64,000 nucleotides of DNA from an uncultured Candidatus Saccharibacteria bacterium (GCA_964527185.1 CAZGOI010000002.1:133532-197531), one strand, 5' to 3'; shown: positions 47,415 to 57,348, counted from the stretch's first letter. A program made the numbers and translations. The notes: generated from the letters alone by a model not told the origin.

Positions 47415-48830
47415 CTAAGAAATTAATTCTTTTAAAAGTTTTTGAACTATTTGTGGGTTGGCCGAGCCCTTAGTTTCTTTCATAATCTGCCCGACGAGCG
47501 ACATCAAGGCATTTTCTTTGCCACTCTTGTATGTTGCGACGACGTTCGGGTTTGCATCTATAACCTTTGCAACAATTTCTTTCAAGTCACCCTCATCGCT
47601 TTTTTGAAGCAAATTATTTTCTTTTGCGATGCGATCTGGAGATTCGTCGTTGACCACAATCATCGTCAAGATATCTTTTGCTGAACGCGAAGATATTTCC
47701 CCACCCACAACTAAATTCACCAGCTCGGCAAAGTTTAAAGCACTAGGCAATTTTATTTCAGAGTTGGCTTTTTTAAGGCCAACATAATCAGAAGTTATGT
47801 AATTTGAAGCAGTTTTTATAGCCTCTTTGTCTTTCAAGATTAGGGCAATGTCTTCAAACCATTTTCCCAACTCCATATCGTTTATATAACTCTCTATATC
47901 TTCATCTTTGATCCCATATTCATTTTTATATCTGGCGCGTTTGGCTTGTGGCAATTCTGGCAATTCATCGCGCAATTTTTCAATATCAAAGGCTTTACTT
48001 AAATAGAACTTTGGCAGGTCTGGGTCTGGGAAGTAGCGATAGTCGTTGGCATTTTCTTTTGATCTTTGCGAGAAGGTTATTTGCTTGCCCTCGTCCCAGC
48101 CACGGGTTTCCTGAATTATTTCATTACCCTTTCCGTCTTCAAGGAGCTTGACCATCCGGGCGACTTCATATTCCCCTGCCCGTTCAGCCGAACGAAACGA
48201 ATTAATATTTTTAACTTCAACTTTTGTGCCAAATTTTTTAGGATCATCTGAAACAGAGATATTGAGCTCGACACGCATCTGCCCTTTTTCCATATTCGCT
48301 TCTGAAACTCCAAGATAGCGCAATAATAACTGCAGTTCTCGTCCAAAATCCCCTGCTTCCTTTGCGTTATGAATTACTGGCTCAGTCACGAGCTCCATGA
48401 GCGGTAGCCCCGCACGATTGAAATCTACTAGAGAGTAGTCTCCTCTGTCATGTTTGTTGTTCGCTGTGTCTTCTTCTAAGTGAACACGAGTTATGGCGAC
48501 GCCATTTAACTGTCCTCCCGAAACTATTGGGAATTTGTATTGCGAAATCTGGTAAGCTTTAGGAATATCTGGGTAGAAATAATTTTTACGGTCAAATTCT
48601 GTGAAATCGGCAATATCACCATCAAGAGCAAGGCCAACCTTTATTATATTCTCAACTGCTTTTTTGTTTACGACAGGCAGAGTTCCCGGGTAGGCCATGC
48701 AAACCGGACAGACATTTACGTTTGGTTCGGTCTCGTCTGGGTCATTCACGCAACCACAAAACATTTTTGAGTTTGTTTTTAATTCAGCGTGGATTTCTAG
48801 ACCGATAGTCGTGTAATAGTTTTTACTCAT
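47415..48830 (-). CDS. gatB: Asp-tRNA(Asn)/Glu-tRNA(Gln) amidotransferase subunit B.
   Basis: IGLEIHAELKTNSKMFCGCVN..CPVCMAYPGTLPV is a canonical GatB N-terminus, with a C-terminal GatB/YqeY domain. Confidence 0.9.
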   Translation of the reverse strand: MSKNYYTTIGLEIHAELKTNSKMFCGCVNDPDETEPNVNVCPVCMAYPGTLPVVNKKAVENIIKVGLALDGDIADFTEFDRKNYFYPDIPKAYQISQYKFPIVSGGQLNGVAITRVHLEEDTANNKHDRGDYSLVDFNRAGLPLMELVTEPVIHNAKEAGDFGRELQLLLRYLGVSEANMEKGQMRVELNISVSDDPKKFGTKVEVKNINSFRSAERAGEYEVARMVKLLEDGKGNEIIQETRGWDEGKQITFSQRSKENANDYRYFPDPDLPKFYLSKAFDIEKLRDELPELPQAKRARYKNEYGIKDEDIESYINDMELGKWFEDIALILKDKEAIKTASNYITSDYVGLKKANSEIKLPSALNFAELVNLVVGGEISSRSAKDILTMIVVNDESPDRIAKENNLLQKSDEGDLKEIVAKVIDANPNVVATYKSGKENALMSLVGQIMKETKGSANPQIVQKLLKELIS

Positions 48831-49171
48831 TAGTGAGCATATATTATCAAATCAATTGTGTTTTTCAAAATAAAAAGCCCCCGACAATAAAGCGGGGGCA
48901 CGGCGAAGGCCTTTTGTTTTGGCCTTTTACAATTTTGCCGGAATTTATCCGGCCAGACTGGGTGGCCGGCTACGGCTGGCTTTTTTTGTTTTGTGCCGGG
49001 GCCGGGGAGCTGGGATCGGTTACTGCATAAAAATTTTTCAAAAAGTGAGAAAACTTGGGAGGTGAAACCCCCGAAATGGTTTTTTTCATTTTTCTGTGTT
49101 TTTGCGTTTAAAAATATACTTTAAAGAACAATGGACCTATCATAGCAAATTGCTAGATTTTTGTCAAGTCC

Positions 49172-49204
49172 TAATAAAAAACCCTCCTGTATTAACAGGA
49201 GGGG
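49172..49204 (-). terminator. Minus-strand rho-independent terminator: 9-bp perfect stem ccctcctgt/acaggaggg with a T7 tract on the minus strand.
   Basis: Read directly. It lies inside the long non-coding region and about 350 nt 3' of the M23 peptidase gene on the same strand. Confidence 0.5.
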
Positions 49205-49471
49205 TCCCCGCCAACTGGAAAGCGGGATAAAAATTAACAGGAGCAAAATGTTGATGATTTAACATCAAAACCAATCAACGCATTGAAAGAACTATTTATA
49301 TATTATATTTATCTCTAACGATTGTCAATAATAATTGAAAATTTGGTGAAATTGTGACATTATCTATCCATTGCCCGAGTGGGTAAAAAACAAACTGCTT
49401 TGTTTTTTACCAGATTGTAAATCTGTGGACCGACACGAGGGCGTCGTTTAAAATAAGTATATATTTTAGAG

Positions 49472-49553
49472 GCCCGAGTGGCGGAACTGGTATACGCGCA
49501 CGACTTAAAATCGTGTCTCGCAAGGGATGTGGGTTCGATTCCCACCTCGGGCA
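49472..49553 (+). tRNA. tRNA-Leu (anticodon UAA), class II with a long variable arm.
   Basis: Hand-folded: acceptor gcccgag/ctcgggc, anticodon stem cacga/tcgtg with loop ctTAAaa, variable arm, T-arm gtggg-TTCGATT-cccac, 82 nt. Confidence 0.8.
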
Positions 49554-49558
49554 CAAAA

Positions 49559-50872
49559 TCAATCTCTAGGTAAATCATTTTTGATCATACTCTCAGGTGC
49601 ATATGGCAGGTAGAGCATCGGGTCAAGATATGCATCTACCGGGGCAATTGGCATGACAAAATTCTTGCCATTGCATGTCAGGCTCGGCACTTGCCTAACG
49701 CTCGCACCTTCAGAGGCATAGACTGTCACATGCAAGTGCGGCCCTGTAGAGTGGCCAGTGTTGCCAGAGAGGGCGACGACATCACCGGTGTTGACCCTCT
49801 GTCCAACTTGGGCTTTTATGTAGGATAGGTGGCCGAAGGTGCTAGAGAGGCCACTGTCGTATTTGATGAAAACCCACTTACCAAATGATGCTCCGCGACA
49901 GTAAACATCTGTATCACCAGTGCCTATGACCGTCCCATCGGCCATTGATTTAACTTCTGTGCCGATCGAAGCTCTAAAGTCGACACCACTGTGAGAGCCC
50001 GATTTGTAGAGCCTCTTTGATGAACTAGTCACACCAAAAAGCTGAGTGATGAAGACGCTGTCAATCGGCCAAGCTAATACACCAGAACCCTCTTTGGGCA
50101 AAAGTTCTGGGTGAAGCACGAATTGCAATTGGGCTTCATAGTTTTGCAATGATTTTTCAAAAAGATCACGTTTGGCTAATCGATCGGCCAGCAATTTTTT
50201 ATAGTTTGATTCTTTATTTTTTGTTTCTTTGAGTAAAGTGTTTTTTTCTGATTTAGCAATGTCGACGGCTGTCTTTTGGTTAACTAGATTTTGTTTTAAT
50301 TTTGAGAGCTGCTGTTGTTCGGTTTCTTTTTTTGTTTTTGATTGTTCGAGGTTGGCTTTTTGATTTCCAAGATCGACAATAAGGGTTCTAACTTTTTCAT
50401 TGACTGTTACGATGTTGTTGTATTCTCGACTGGCATCGGCTAGATTCTGTTCGGAAAGTATTTTCTCTAGCATCGAAGTATTGTCTCGCAAATTCAGGTC
50501 TCTTATCATTTGGTTGAGGGCTGCGCTTGAAACTGTGATTTTATTTTCTTTGTCAGTTATATCAGAATCTAGGTTGTTTATGATAATATTTGTCGCGCTT
50601 ATTTTCTTTTGCGTTTGGTTAACTTGGGCGAGCAATTTATCGCGGGTTAGCGTCAGTTCTTTGATGATATTGGCCAAGGTATTTGACTGTGCGTTTGTAT
50701 CTGCAATTTGCGACTGATAGTTTGCAATTTCTTTATTCAGAGATTCAATTTGTGAGTTCAGGTCGCTGATATGAAAAGTGATAGCGTTCGGGTCTACGGC
50801 AAAGGCAATAGTCGGCAGCTGTACCACCAACAAAAATATTAATATTGCAATAAATGCAAATCTAGATCTCAT
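49559..50872 (-). CDS. M23 (LytM-family) metallopeptidase with an N-terminal signal peptide and a long coiled-coil domain (EnvC-like architecture).
   Basis: M23 motifs HSGVDF, GNTGHSTGPHLHV and HxH, plus about 250 aa of heptad-repeat coiled coil. Confidence 0.8.
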   Translation of the reverse strand: MRSRFAFIAILIFLLVVQLPTIAFAVDPNAITFHISDLNSQIESLNKEIANYQSQIADTNAQSNTLANIIKELTLTRDKLLAQVNQTQKKISATNIIINNLDSDITDKENKITVSSAALNQMIRDLNLRDNTSMLEKILSEQNLADASREYNNIVTVNEKVRTLIVDLGNQKANLEQSKTKKETEQQQLSKLKQNLVNQKTAVDIAKSEKNTLLKETKNKESNYKKLLADRLAKRDLFEKSLQNYEAQLQFVLHPELLPKEGSGVLAWPIDSVFITQLFGVTSSSKRLYKSGSHSGVDFRASIGTEVKSMADGTVIGTGDTDVYCRGASFGKWVFIKYDSGLSSTFGHLSYIKAQVGQRVNTGDVVALSGNTGHSTGPHLHVTVYASEGASVRQVPSLTCNGKNFVMPIAPVDAYLDPMLYLPYAPESMIKNDLPRD

Positions 50873-50886
50873 AAAGCTATTATAGC

Positions 50887-52257
50887 TTAATTTAAGAGTA
50901 GTCCTATTGCCGTATTTAACCGTTCTACTGTTTCTTTTTTGCCTAAAATCTCAGAAAGTAGGAATGGGTCTGGCGATTTGTCTTGCCCTGTCATCGCATA
51001 GCGCATCGGCCAGAGCAAGTCCCCACGGCCTACCTTTTCGGCGTATGGCCAGATCGTGTTTTTAACGCTGTTTTTATTAAAATCTGTATCTGCGATAGAC
51101 TCTATGAGTTCTACCACGTGTTTTAAATATGAGGCGACCACAAGATACTTATTATTGTCTTTAATTTTTGAAGATTTAAAAATCAGTGATTCTTTTTCAT
51201 AAACTGGTTTGCCAAAAAAGTATGTCAGTTCGCCGGCGTTGGCCATGTCTACTATGTCGCTGCCTTTTGAAATGCGTTCGATGATTGTCGGAGTGATGTT
51301 GTGGAGCATTTCCGAGTTGTAACTAGGTAAGTTTTTTAGGCTCTCGGGTATAAAATTTGAAACATATTCTTCTTGTTCTTCAAAAGACAGTTTGTTTAGA
51401 TATTCTTTGTTGAACCAATCTAGTTTCTCTTCATTAAAAACTCCGGGGCTTTTTTGAACCTTTTTCAGATCAAATTCTTTAATCAATTCTTGACGGGTAA
51501 ATATTTCTTGATCAGTACCTGGGTTCCAGCCAATCAAAACCAAAAAGTTTATGAGTGCCTCGGGCAAGTAGCCATTTTCTTTGTATTGGTAGACGTTGGT
51601 GTCACCATCGCGCTTTGACATTTTCTTTTTTGATTCAGATAAAATGAGCGGGATATGGGCATAGACCACGCTACCCAAATCGAGCGCCTCTCTAATCAAT
51701 ATTTGCCTAGGTGTGTTTGGCACATGCTCTTGGGCGCGAATGATGTGGGTTACGCCCATCTCGTGGTCATCGACGACATTGGCAAAATGAAACACTGGCG
51801 TATCAAAATCTTTTGCAATCACAAAATCTTTTAGGTCGCTGCTGTCGACAGATATTTCGCCTAGGATTTCATCTGTAAACGAGACAACCTTGTTCGGGTT
51901 CTTAAATCTTATGACCGAATCTCTGTCACCTTTTTCTTTCGGCTCTTCTTTTGAGATATAGGCCAAGCCATTGTCTACCAGTTCATGCAGATATTTTTTA
52001 TAAGATTCTATATTTTCGCTTTGCCTATGGAGTTCATCGTAATCGATATCAAGCCACCCGAAAGAATCTAAAATACTATCTTCATATTCTTTTTTACTGC
52101 GCTCTTTGTCGGTGTCCTCGATGCGGATTATGAACTTGCCATTATTTTTCCTAGCAAAAAAATAAGAAAATAATGCTGTCCTAACCCCGCCGATATGCAA
52201 ATGACCAGTCGGTGACGGCGCAAAACGAGTTACGATTTTTCTATTTGAGTCTGTCAT
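50887..52257 (-). CDS. gltX: Glutamyl-tRNA synthetase. The start is revised to MTDSNRKIV.
   Basis: HIGH motif (PSPTGHLHIGG) and KMSKR. The longer ORF start would overlap murG. Confidence 0.9.
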   Translation of the reverse strand: MTDSNRKIVTRFAPSPTGHLHIGGVRTALFSYFFARKNNGKFIIRIEDTDKERSKKEYEDSILDSFGWLDIDYDELHRQSENIESYKKYLHELVDNGLAYISKEEPKEKGDRDSVIRFKNPNKVVSFTDEILGEISVDSSDLKDFVIAKDFDTPVFHFANVVDDHEMGVTHIIRAQEHVPNTPRQILIREALDLGSVVYAHIPLILSESKKKMSKRDGDTNVYQYKENGYLPEALINFLVLIGWNPGTDQEIFTRQELIKEFDLKKVQKSPGVFNEEKLDWFNKEYLNKLSFEEQEEYVSNFIPESLKNLPSYNSEMLHNITPTIIERISKGSDIVDMANAGELTYFFGKPVYEKESLIFKSSKIKDNNKYLVVASYLKHVVELIESIADTDFNKNSVKNTIWPYAEKVGRGDLLWPMRYAMTGQDKSPDPFLLSEILGKKETVERLNTAIGLLLN

Positions 52258-52258
52258 T

Positions 52259-53386
52259 TTATTTTTCGTGTAACAATGCGATATCGATAGCTTCTTGGGC
52301 AATTTTCTCGGCTGCGCTTGGCGTGGCAAAGGCGAGGGCACGCTTTGTCATCACTTCTAATTTTTCTTTGCTATTGACTAAGCGATCGATCTCGGCAACC
52401 AGAACGTGCGGGGTTAGGTTGTTTTCTTCGATAACTTCGCAGCCACCGGCTCGAGCGTAGCTGAATGCATTTTTCTTCTGATGATCGCCGTTTGAATTTG
52501 TGATCGGGATTATTATAGACGGCACTCCCCATGAAGCAATTTCAAAAATAGATGAACCAGCTCGCGAGACTACAAGGGTCGCCGCGCCCGAGGCCATGCG
52601 AACAGCCAGATTGTTTAGGTAAGGCATTGGTCGGTAACGAGTTTTGTTTTCATTGCCTTCAAGGACGATGTTTGAACGCGAGATGACATCGCTATAGAGT
52701 TTCTCTCCTGTTTGGTGGATTATTTGATATTTGGAAACGAGCTCTGGTAGAGCATCAATCAGGGCGTTGTTTATGATTTCTGCACCTTGAGAGCCGCCGT
52801 AGAAAAACAAGACTGGGATATTTGGTACGAATTTAAAAAACTCAAATGAGCCCTCTGGATTTTTTTGTAAAATTGCTTTACGGATTGGTTGACCAGTTAG
52901 AGCAGTTTTTTCTTTTGGTAATTTTTCACCAGCTTCGGGCCATGAGACCGCGATGCGCTTTGCGAATTTTGCGGTCCAGAGGTTGAGCCTGCCTGGATTT
53001 GAATCTGATTCATGGACGATGACTGGTATGCGCAAAAGTTTTGCTGCAAAGACTGCTGGGAACGCGGCATAGCCACCTTTTGAGATAACAACATCTGGAT
53101 AGATAAAAAACATACTGAGTAGGCCAAAAAATGCGCCGATAGCAGTTTTGAAAATATCAAAAAAATTTTTGATAGAGAAATACTTACGCATTTTTCCAGA
53201 AGGAATTTCGACATAGGTGATTCTATTTTCAAAAAGCATGCGTTTGTCATACGGTGAGTCTGACATGTAGTACAGTTTTAGATCTACGATTTTTTCTTTT
53301 TCAACTAAGTCGTTTATCTCCTCGGCGATGGCGACCAGCGGATAGAAGTGGCCGCCTGTCCCGCCCCCGGTAAGTAATATTTTCAT
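52259..53386 (-). CDS. murG: Undecaprenyldiphospho-muramoylpentapeptide beta-N-acetylglucosaminyltransferase MurG.
   Basis: MKILLTGGGTGGHFYPLVAI is a canonical MurG N-terminus. Confidence 0.9.
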   Translation of the reverse strand: MKILLTGGGTGGHFYPLVAIAEEINDLVEKEKIVDLKLYYMSDSPYDKRMLFENRITYVEIPSGKMRKYFSIKNFFDIFKTAIGAFFGLLSMFFIYPDVVISKGGYAAFPAVFAAKLLRIPVIVHESDSNPGRLNLWTAKFAKRIAVSWPEAGEKLPKEKTALTGQPIRKAILQKNPEGSFEFFKFVPNIPVLFFYGGSQGAEIINNALIDALPELVSKYQIIHQTGEKLYSDVISRSNIVLEGNENKTRYRPMPYLNNLAVRMASGAATLVVSRAGSSIFEIASWGVPSIIIPITNSNGDHQKKNAFSYARAGGCEVIEENNLTPHVLVAEIDRLVNSKEKLEVMTKRALAFATPSAAEKIAQEAIDIALLHEK

Positions 53387-53419
53387 GACATTTATTTTAG
53401 CTTATTTTATATATATTTT

Positions 53420-54523
53420 CTAGTGTTCCCTTTTGGCATTTTTTGAAACACTCAAGACTATTCCCATGGTTGCAATCGAGATGAGGAGTGATGTTCCACC
53501 TTGGCTAATAAAAACAAGTGGTACACCAGTCAGTGGAAAAACTCCAATAATTGAAGCTATGTTCATAAAAGATTGAGCTGTAATAATAGTGATTGTGCCA
53601 GTCACTAGGAGTTTACTGAATGAATCTGGGGCATAATATGCAATCCTATATCCACGAAGGGCAAAAGCAATATAAAGACAAACAAGAAGAATGCAACCGA
53701 TAAAACCAAGCTCCTCACCGACGACAGCAAAGATAGAGTCGCCTTGGGGTTCGGGCAGATAATTAAATTTTTGAATACTTTGTCCCAACCCTCGACCAAA
53801 GACCCCACCTGACCCAACTGCAATTAGAGATTGTTGTAATTGGTATGACGAAGTACTAGCATTTTCGCTCGGATGAATGAAGGTTTCTATGCGTTGCATG
53901 AGATATGGTTTGAAGGTCACTAAGATTATAAAACCAAGAACGCTAACTACAAAAACTCCGACGATGTGTTTAACTGGCGTACCGGAAACAAAAAGCATAG
54001 CGATCCCAGTTATTGTTATGAGGATGATACTTTTTGTGTCGGGCTGCTTTATTAGTACGAGTGCCACAACACCGAGCAATAAAATAAATGGCAAGAGGCT
54101 GAATTTAATATCTGTCAATTTATTTTTCGCCCAAGAGAGCCAAGCTGCAAAATAAAATATGAATCCAAGTTTTAGAAATTCAACTGGTTGAAAAGAAATC
54201 CCAAATATATTGACCCATCGACGTGCGCCACCGTGCAGTGAACCAAGATGCGGGACAAAAACGAGTAGAGTTATAAGTATCGAACCTATAAAAAGCGGCA
54301 AGGAATAGTTTCGCCAAAACTTGTATGGAATTTTCATTACAAAAAATAGAGCAACGAGCCCACCACATAGCCCAAAAACAAATTGAGCAAATATTACACC
54401 GTAGAACTTTGTTTCATTTTTAGCGAGAATGCCGAGCGAGGCCGAAGTGAACATTATAATACCGACAAAAACAAGTGCGATAACAATTCCAAAAAAAACT
54501 TTGTCGATACCTTTTGTCTTCAT
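53420..54523 (-). CDS. ftsW: SEDS-family peptidoglycan glycosyltransferase FtsW/RodA.
   Basis: Ten TM helices with SEDS motifs, adjacent to murG and mraY. Confidence 0.85.
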   Translation of the reverse strand: MKTKGIDKVFFGIVIALVFVGIIMFTSASLGILAKNETKFYGVIFAQFVFGLCGGLVALFFVMKIPYKFWRNYSLPLFIGSILITLLVFVPHLGSLHGGARRWVNIFGISFQPVEFLKLGFIFYFAAWLSWAKNKLTDIKFSLLPFILLLGVVALVLIKQPDTKSIILITITGIAMLFVSGTPVKHIVGVFVVSVLGFIILVTFKPYLMQRIETFIHPSENASTSSYQLQQSLIAVGSGGVFGRGLGQSIQKFNYLPEPQGDSIFAVVGEELGFIGCILLVCLYIAFALRGYRIAYYAPDSFSKLLVTGTITIITAQSFMNIASIIGVFPLTGVPLVFISQGGTSLLISIATMGIVLSVSKNAKREH

Positions 54524-55572
54524 TAGTTTATAAGAGATATTATAACCCCGACGATAGAAGAGATAACTCCGATGATCCAGTAGCGCATCGTGACTTTATA
54601 TTTTGGCCAACCGAGGGCTTCAAAATGGTGGTGCAGAGGCGCCATTTTAAAAACTCTTCGCCCGCCAAAGTATCTACGAGCAACCATTTGAATCAGGGCT
54701 GAAAGTGAAGTTACAAATAGTGGAAAGGCGATGATTGGCAACAAAAATACTGTGTTGGTTAGGAATGCGATTACCGAAATAGTTACTGTTAAGCCTATCA
54801 TGCCAGTCTCACCCATATAAAAACGGGCTGGCGGAATATTGAACCACAAAAATGCAAGTATCCCCCCGACGATAACAGCGCAGAATGCTGCCAGGTCTAT
54901 CTGATTGTGCAGAAATGCAATGATCGAGTAACTTGCAAATATTGATGACAAAACTCCGCCAGAGAGGCCGTCGATACCGTCGATAACGCTCGAAGACCAA
55001 AGCGATAGCATGACGAGGATGAAAAATGGCACAAAGATTAGACCTAGGGTTACAAACCCAAACCATGGTATGTAAACTACATTTATACCAAGCTTGAAAT
55101 AAAACCACGAACCAATGATAAACCCGAGTATCAATATTATGCCTATTTTTATGTAGCGAAGTTTTATCGGGTCGGTTGTCCATTTACCGTGACCAAATAT
55201 TTGCAAGAAATCATCGATTAGACCTATGAGCGAGGCCACGAGGAGCGCAAAAAGTGGCAAGAGTGTTTGATTACGACTTATGAAATAAAATTTGCTACTA
55301 ATTTCATTGTTAAAAACAATATCGAGTATTCCAAAAATAAAAATTGTTATAACAACTGAAACCCAGACGATCATCCCACCAGTCCGCGGTGTTGAAGTTT
55401 CAGCCAAACCATCGTTGAGTTTGGCAAAGTCACTAACCGGGACGTTGTGGTTACGCGAAACTTTACGCCACATTTTATATTTGTAAAAATAGTGCGTGGC
55501 AACTGGGGTCAGACTCAAGCCTACCAGAAATGAAACGGTTGCTGGAAGAAAAATTTTAAGAGCGTTGATCAT
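54523..55572 (-). CDS. mraY: Phospho-N-acetylmuramoyl-pentapeptide transferase MraY.
   Basis: MAPLHHHFE motif and the polytopic topology. Confidence 0.9.
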   Translation of the reverse strand: MINALKIFLPATVSFLVGLSLTPVATHYFYKYKMWRKVSRNHNVPVSDFAKLNDGLAETSTPRTGGMIVWVSVVITIFIFGILDIVFNNEISSKFYFISRNQTLLPLFALLVASLIGLIDDFLQIFGHGKWTTDPIKLRYIKIGIILILGFIIGSWFYFKLGINVVYIPWFGFVTLGLIFVPFFILVMLSLWSSSVIDGIDGLSGGVLSSIFASYSIIAFLHNQIDLAAFCAVIVGGILAFLWFNIPPARFYMGETGMIGLTVTISVIAFLTNTVFLLPIIAFPLFVTSLSALIQMVARRYFGGRRVFKMAPLHHHFEALGWPKYKVTMRYWIIGVISSIVGVIISLIN

Positions 55573-56116
55573 CTTTTTCTGAATTCTCTGTATTACCTTT
55601 TACGACTTCGTCTAGTTGGTTTCGAACTGATTGATAATTGGGTAACTCTTCTAGAGATCTAACACCCATAAATGACATCAGGTCAAAAGTTGGTTTGTAT
55701 AGCATGCGACGGCTGTCTTTTGGGTCGATGGTTTTTTCTATCAAGCCACGAATGAGCAAATTGCGAATAATGAAACTTGAATTTACACCCCTTATATAAT
55801 CGATCTCACTTCGTGGAATGTCTGTTTTGTATAAAATTATTGAGAGTGTTTCGAGCGAAGCTTTTGAAAGATCTTTGGTCAATTCTTCTTTACGGATTGA
55901 TTCTATTAGCGGCGAGAGTTCTTTTGCAACGCCGAGCATTACGGTGTCTGCCTTGCGCATAAGCATTAGGCCGCGGTTTTTTAAACTCCCTTCGAGCCGT
56001 GACAGCGCGATTGAAACTTCTTCTTCAGATACGCCAAAGAGTTTTGCCATCTCTTTTATGGTCATTTCTTCACCTTTATAGAAAAGTAGGCCTTCAATTT
56101 TAGCTTCGAGTTCCAT
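55556..56116 (-). CDS. scpB: Segregation and condensation protein B.
   Basis: LEAKIEGLLFYKGEEMTIKEMAKL start with tandem winged helices. Confidence 0.8.
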   Translation of the reverse strand: MELEAKIEGLLFYKGEEMTIKEMAKLFGVSEEEVSIALSRLEGSLKNRGLMLMRKADTVMLGVAKELSPLIESIRKEELTKDLSKASLETLSIILYKTDIPRSEIDYIRGVNSSFIIRNLLIRGLIEKTIDPKDSRRMLYKPTFDLMSFMGVRSLEELPNYQSVRNQLDEVVKGNTENSEKDDQRS

Positions 56117-56117
56117 T

Positions 56118-56894
56118 TTATTCTGTAGATAAATTATTTTCTAATTTTTGTTTAACGATTTCGATATCTTCAAAGTTATTATTTTGAATTACGTCGATCA
56201 AACCCTCGCGGACGAGCTCGAGCATGGCTAAGAATGAGACTATGACATGGACACGGGCTTCTTCTTTGTTCTTGGCGCCATGACTTTTAGCAAAAGATCT
56301 GAAAGAAATATTTATTGCATTCTCAATGCGATCGGTCAAACTATTTATAACTTGATCGATATTTATAATTTTTTTTATTTCAATTTCTGGTAATTTTTCT
56401 TCTTTCTTTGGGAGTGAAACTATAACATCATTTATAGAATTAGATATAGATTGGGTAGTTATGGTTTCACTTGGGGAAAAAAGCGCTTCGTCCCAACTAT
56501 GCTCGAGTGGTCTAAATATTATTTGTAAGCCAAAATTATTTTTTATTTCAATGCTTGCTGTTTTGATTATTTTATACAACTTTAATCTTTTTTCAAGGTC
56601 AGAAATTTTTTCTTCTTCATCTTCAGTCAAACTCAAATCCGGTAGAAGCGATTTGGATTTTATGAGCACGAGCGTCGCCGCGATCAAGATGAAATATGAA
56701 AGGTCTGATATTTGCTTGTCGGCTGAAATTTCTCCGAGTGAACGTACGTATTTTATATAATCATCGGTGACTTGGGCAAGGGAGATATCGTTGACAAAGA
56801 GCCTCCGATCTTCGATCAGCGAAACAAGGAGTTCGAGTGGCCCTTCAAATGCAGTGGTTTTAACTTTGAAATTAGTGTTGTCTGTTATATCCAT
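56118..56894 (-). CDS. scpA: Segregation and condensation protein A (kleisin).
   Basis: FEGPLELLVSLIEDRRLFVNDISLAQVTDDYIKY is the ScpA N-terminal signature. Confidence 0.8.
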   Translation of the reverse strand: MDITDNTNFKVKTTAFEGPLELLVSLIEDRRLFVNDISLAQVTDDYIKYVRSLGEISADKQISDLSYFILIAATLVLIKSKSLLPDLSLTEDEEEKISDLEKRLKLYKIIKTASIEIKNNFGLQIIFRPLEHSWDEALFSPSETITTQSISNSINDVIVSLPKKEEKLPEIEIKKIINIDQVINSLTDRIENAINISFRSFAKSHGAKNKEEARVHVIVSFLAMLELVREGLIDVIQNNNFEDIEIVKQKLENNLSTE

Positions 56895-56895
56895 T

Positions 56896-57348
56896 TTAGT
56901 TTACAATTTTATTTTTTATTTTTTCAAGGTTTGCATCATCGGCTCGCTCGTAATCATGGCTCGACATATAACCCTCATATTTTTCAAAATATTTATGAGG
57001 CTTGCCTATTCGTTGTTTCCACTCTTGATCTTTTGTTCCATGCATTGGAAAAAGTTTAGAGTGGACATGGTTGACTCCAAAACCTTCAAGTATCATTCCA
57101 GTCCGGCCTACATCATCAAGTTTTTCATCTAATAATTTAGCAACTTTTTTTGTTGCAATGATTAAATCAGCCAATATATTATCAGGTAAATCGAAAGCAT
57201 AACTATCATAATGATCTTTTGTTATAACCACAGAGAAACCTTCGGTGTTTGGAAATATACTTAAAAAAGCTAGGTGCTTATCGTCCTCCCAAATTTTATA
57301 TGCTGGGGCTTCCCCTTTTACAATTTTGCAAAAAATACAGTTTTCCAT
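56896..57348 (-). CDS. HIT-family hydrolase with a variant triad (HVHSK instead of HxHxH).
   Basis: The N-terminus CIFCKIVKGEAPAYKIWEDDKHLAFLSIFP is classic HIT, but the motif region reads VNHVHSKLFPMHG. Confidence 0.7.
   Translation of the reverse strand: MENCIFCKIVKGEAPAYKIWEDDKHLAFLSIFPNTEGFSVVITKDHYDSYAFDLPDNILADLIIATKKVAKLLDEKLDDVGRTGMILEGFGVNHVHSKLFPMHGTKDQEWKQRIGKPHKYFEKYEGYMSSHDYERADDANLEKIKNKIVN

Noticed and set aside
48833-49030. Plus-strand 65-aa ORF in the GC-rich non-coding patch.
   Set aside because: Its composition is driven by GC-rich repeats (a Gly/Ala/Trp-rich low-complexity product), with no RBS or homology. It is treated as non-coding.
48890-49470. Attempt to assign RNase P RNA, SRP RNA or tmRNA to the long non-coding region.
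   Set aside because: Visual search did not find the P4 motif GGAAAGUCCGGGC, SRP domain-IV GGAAGCAGCC or a tmRNA-type 3' tRNA-like end. The only GGTTCGATTCC belongs to tRNA-Leu. No specific family could be asserted, so the region is reported as an unassigned candidate only.
49360-49578. Minus-strand 72-aa ORF.
   Set aside because: It overlaps tRNA-Leu(UAA) in antisense and has no motifs; it is spurious.
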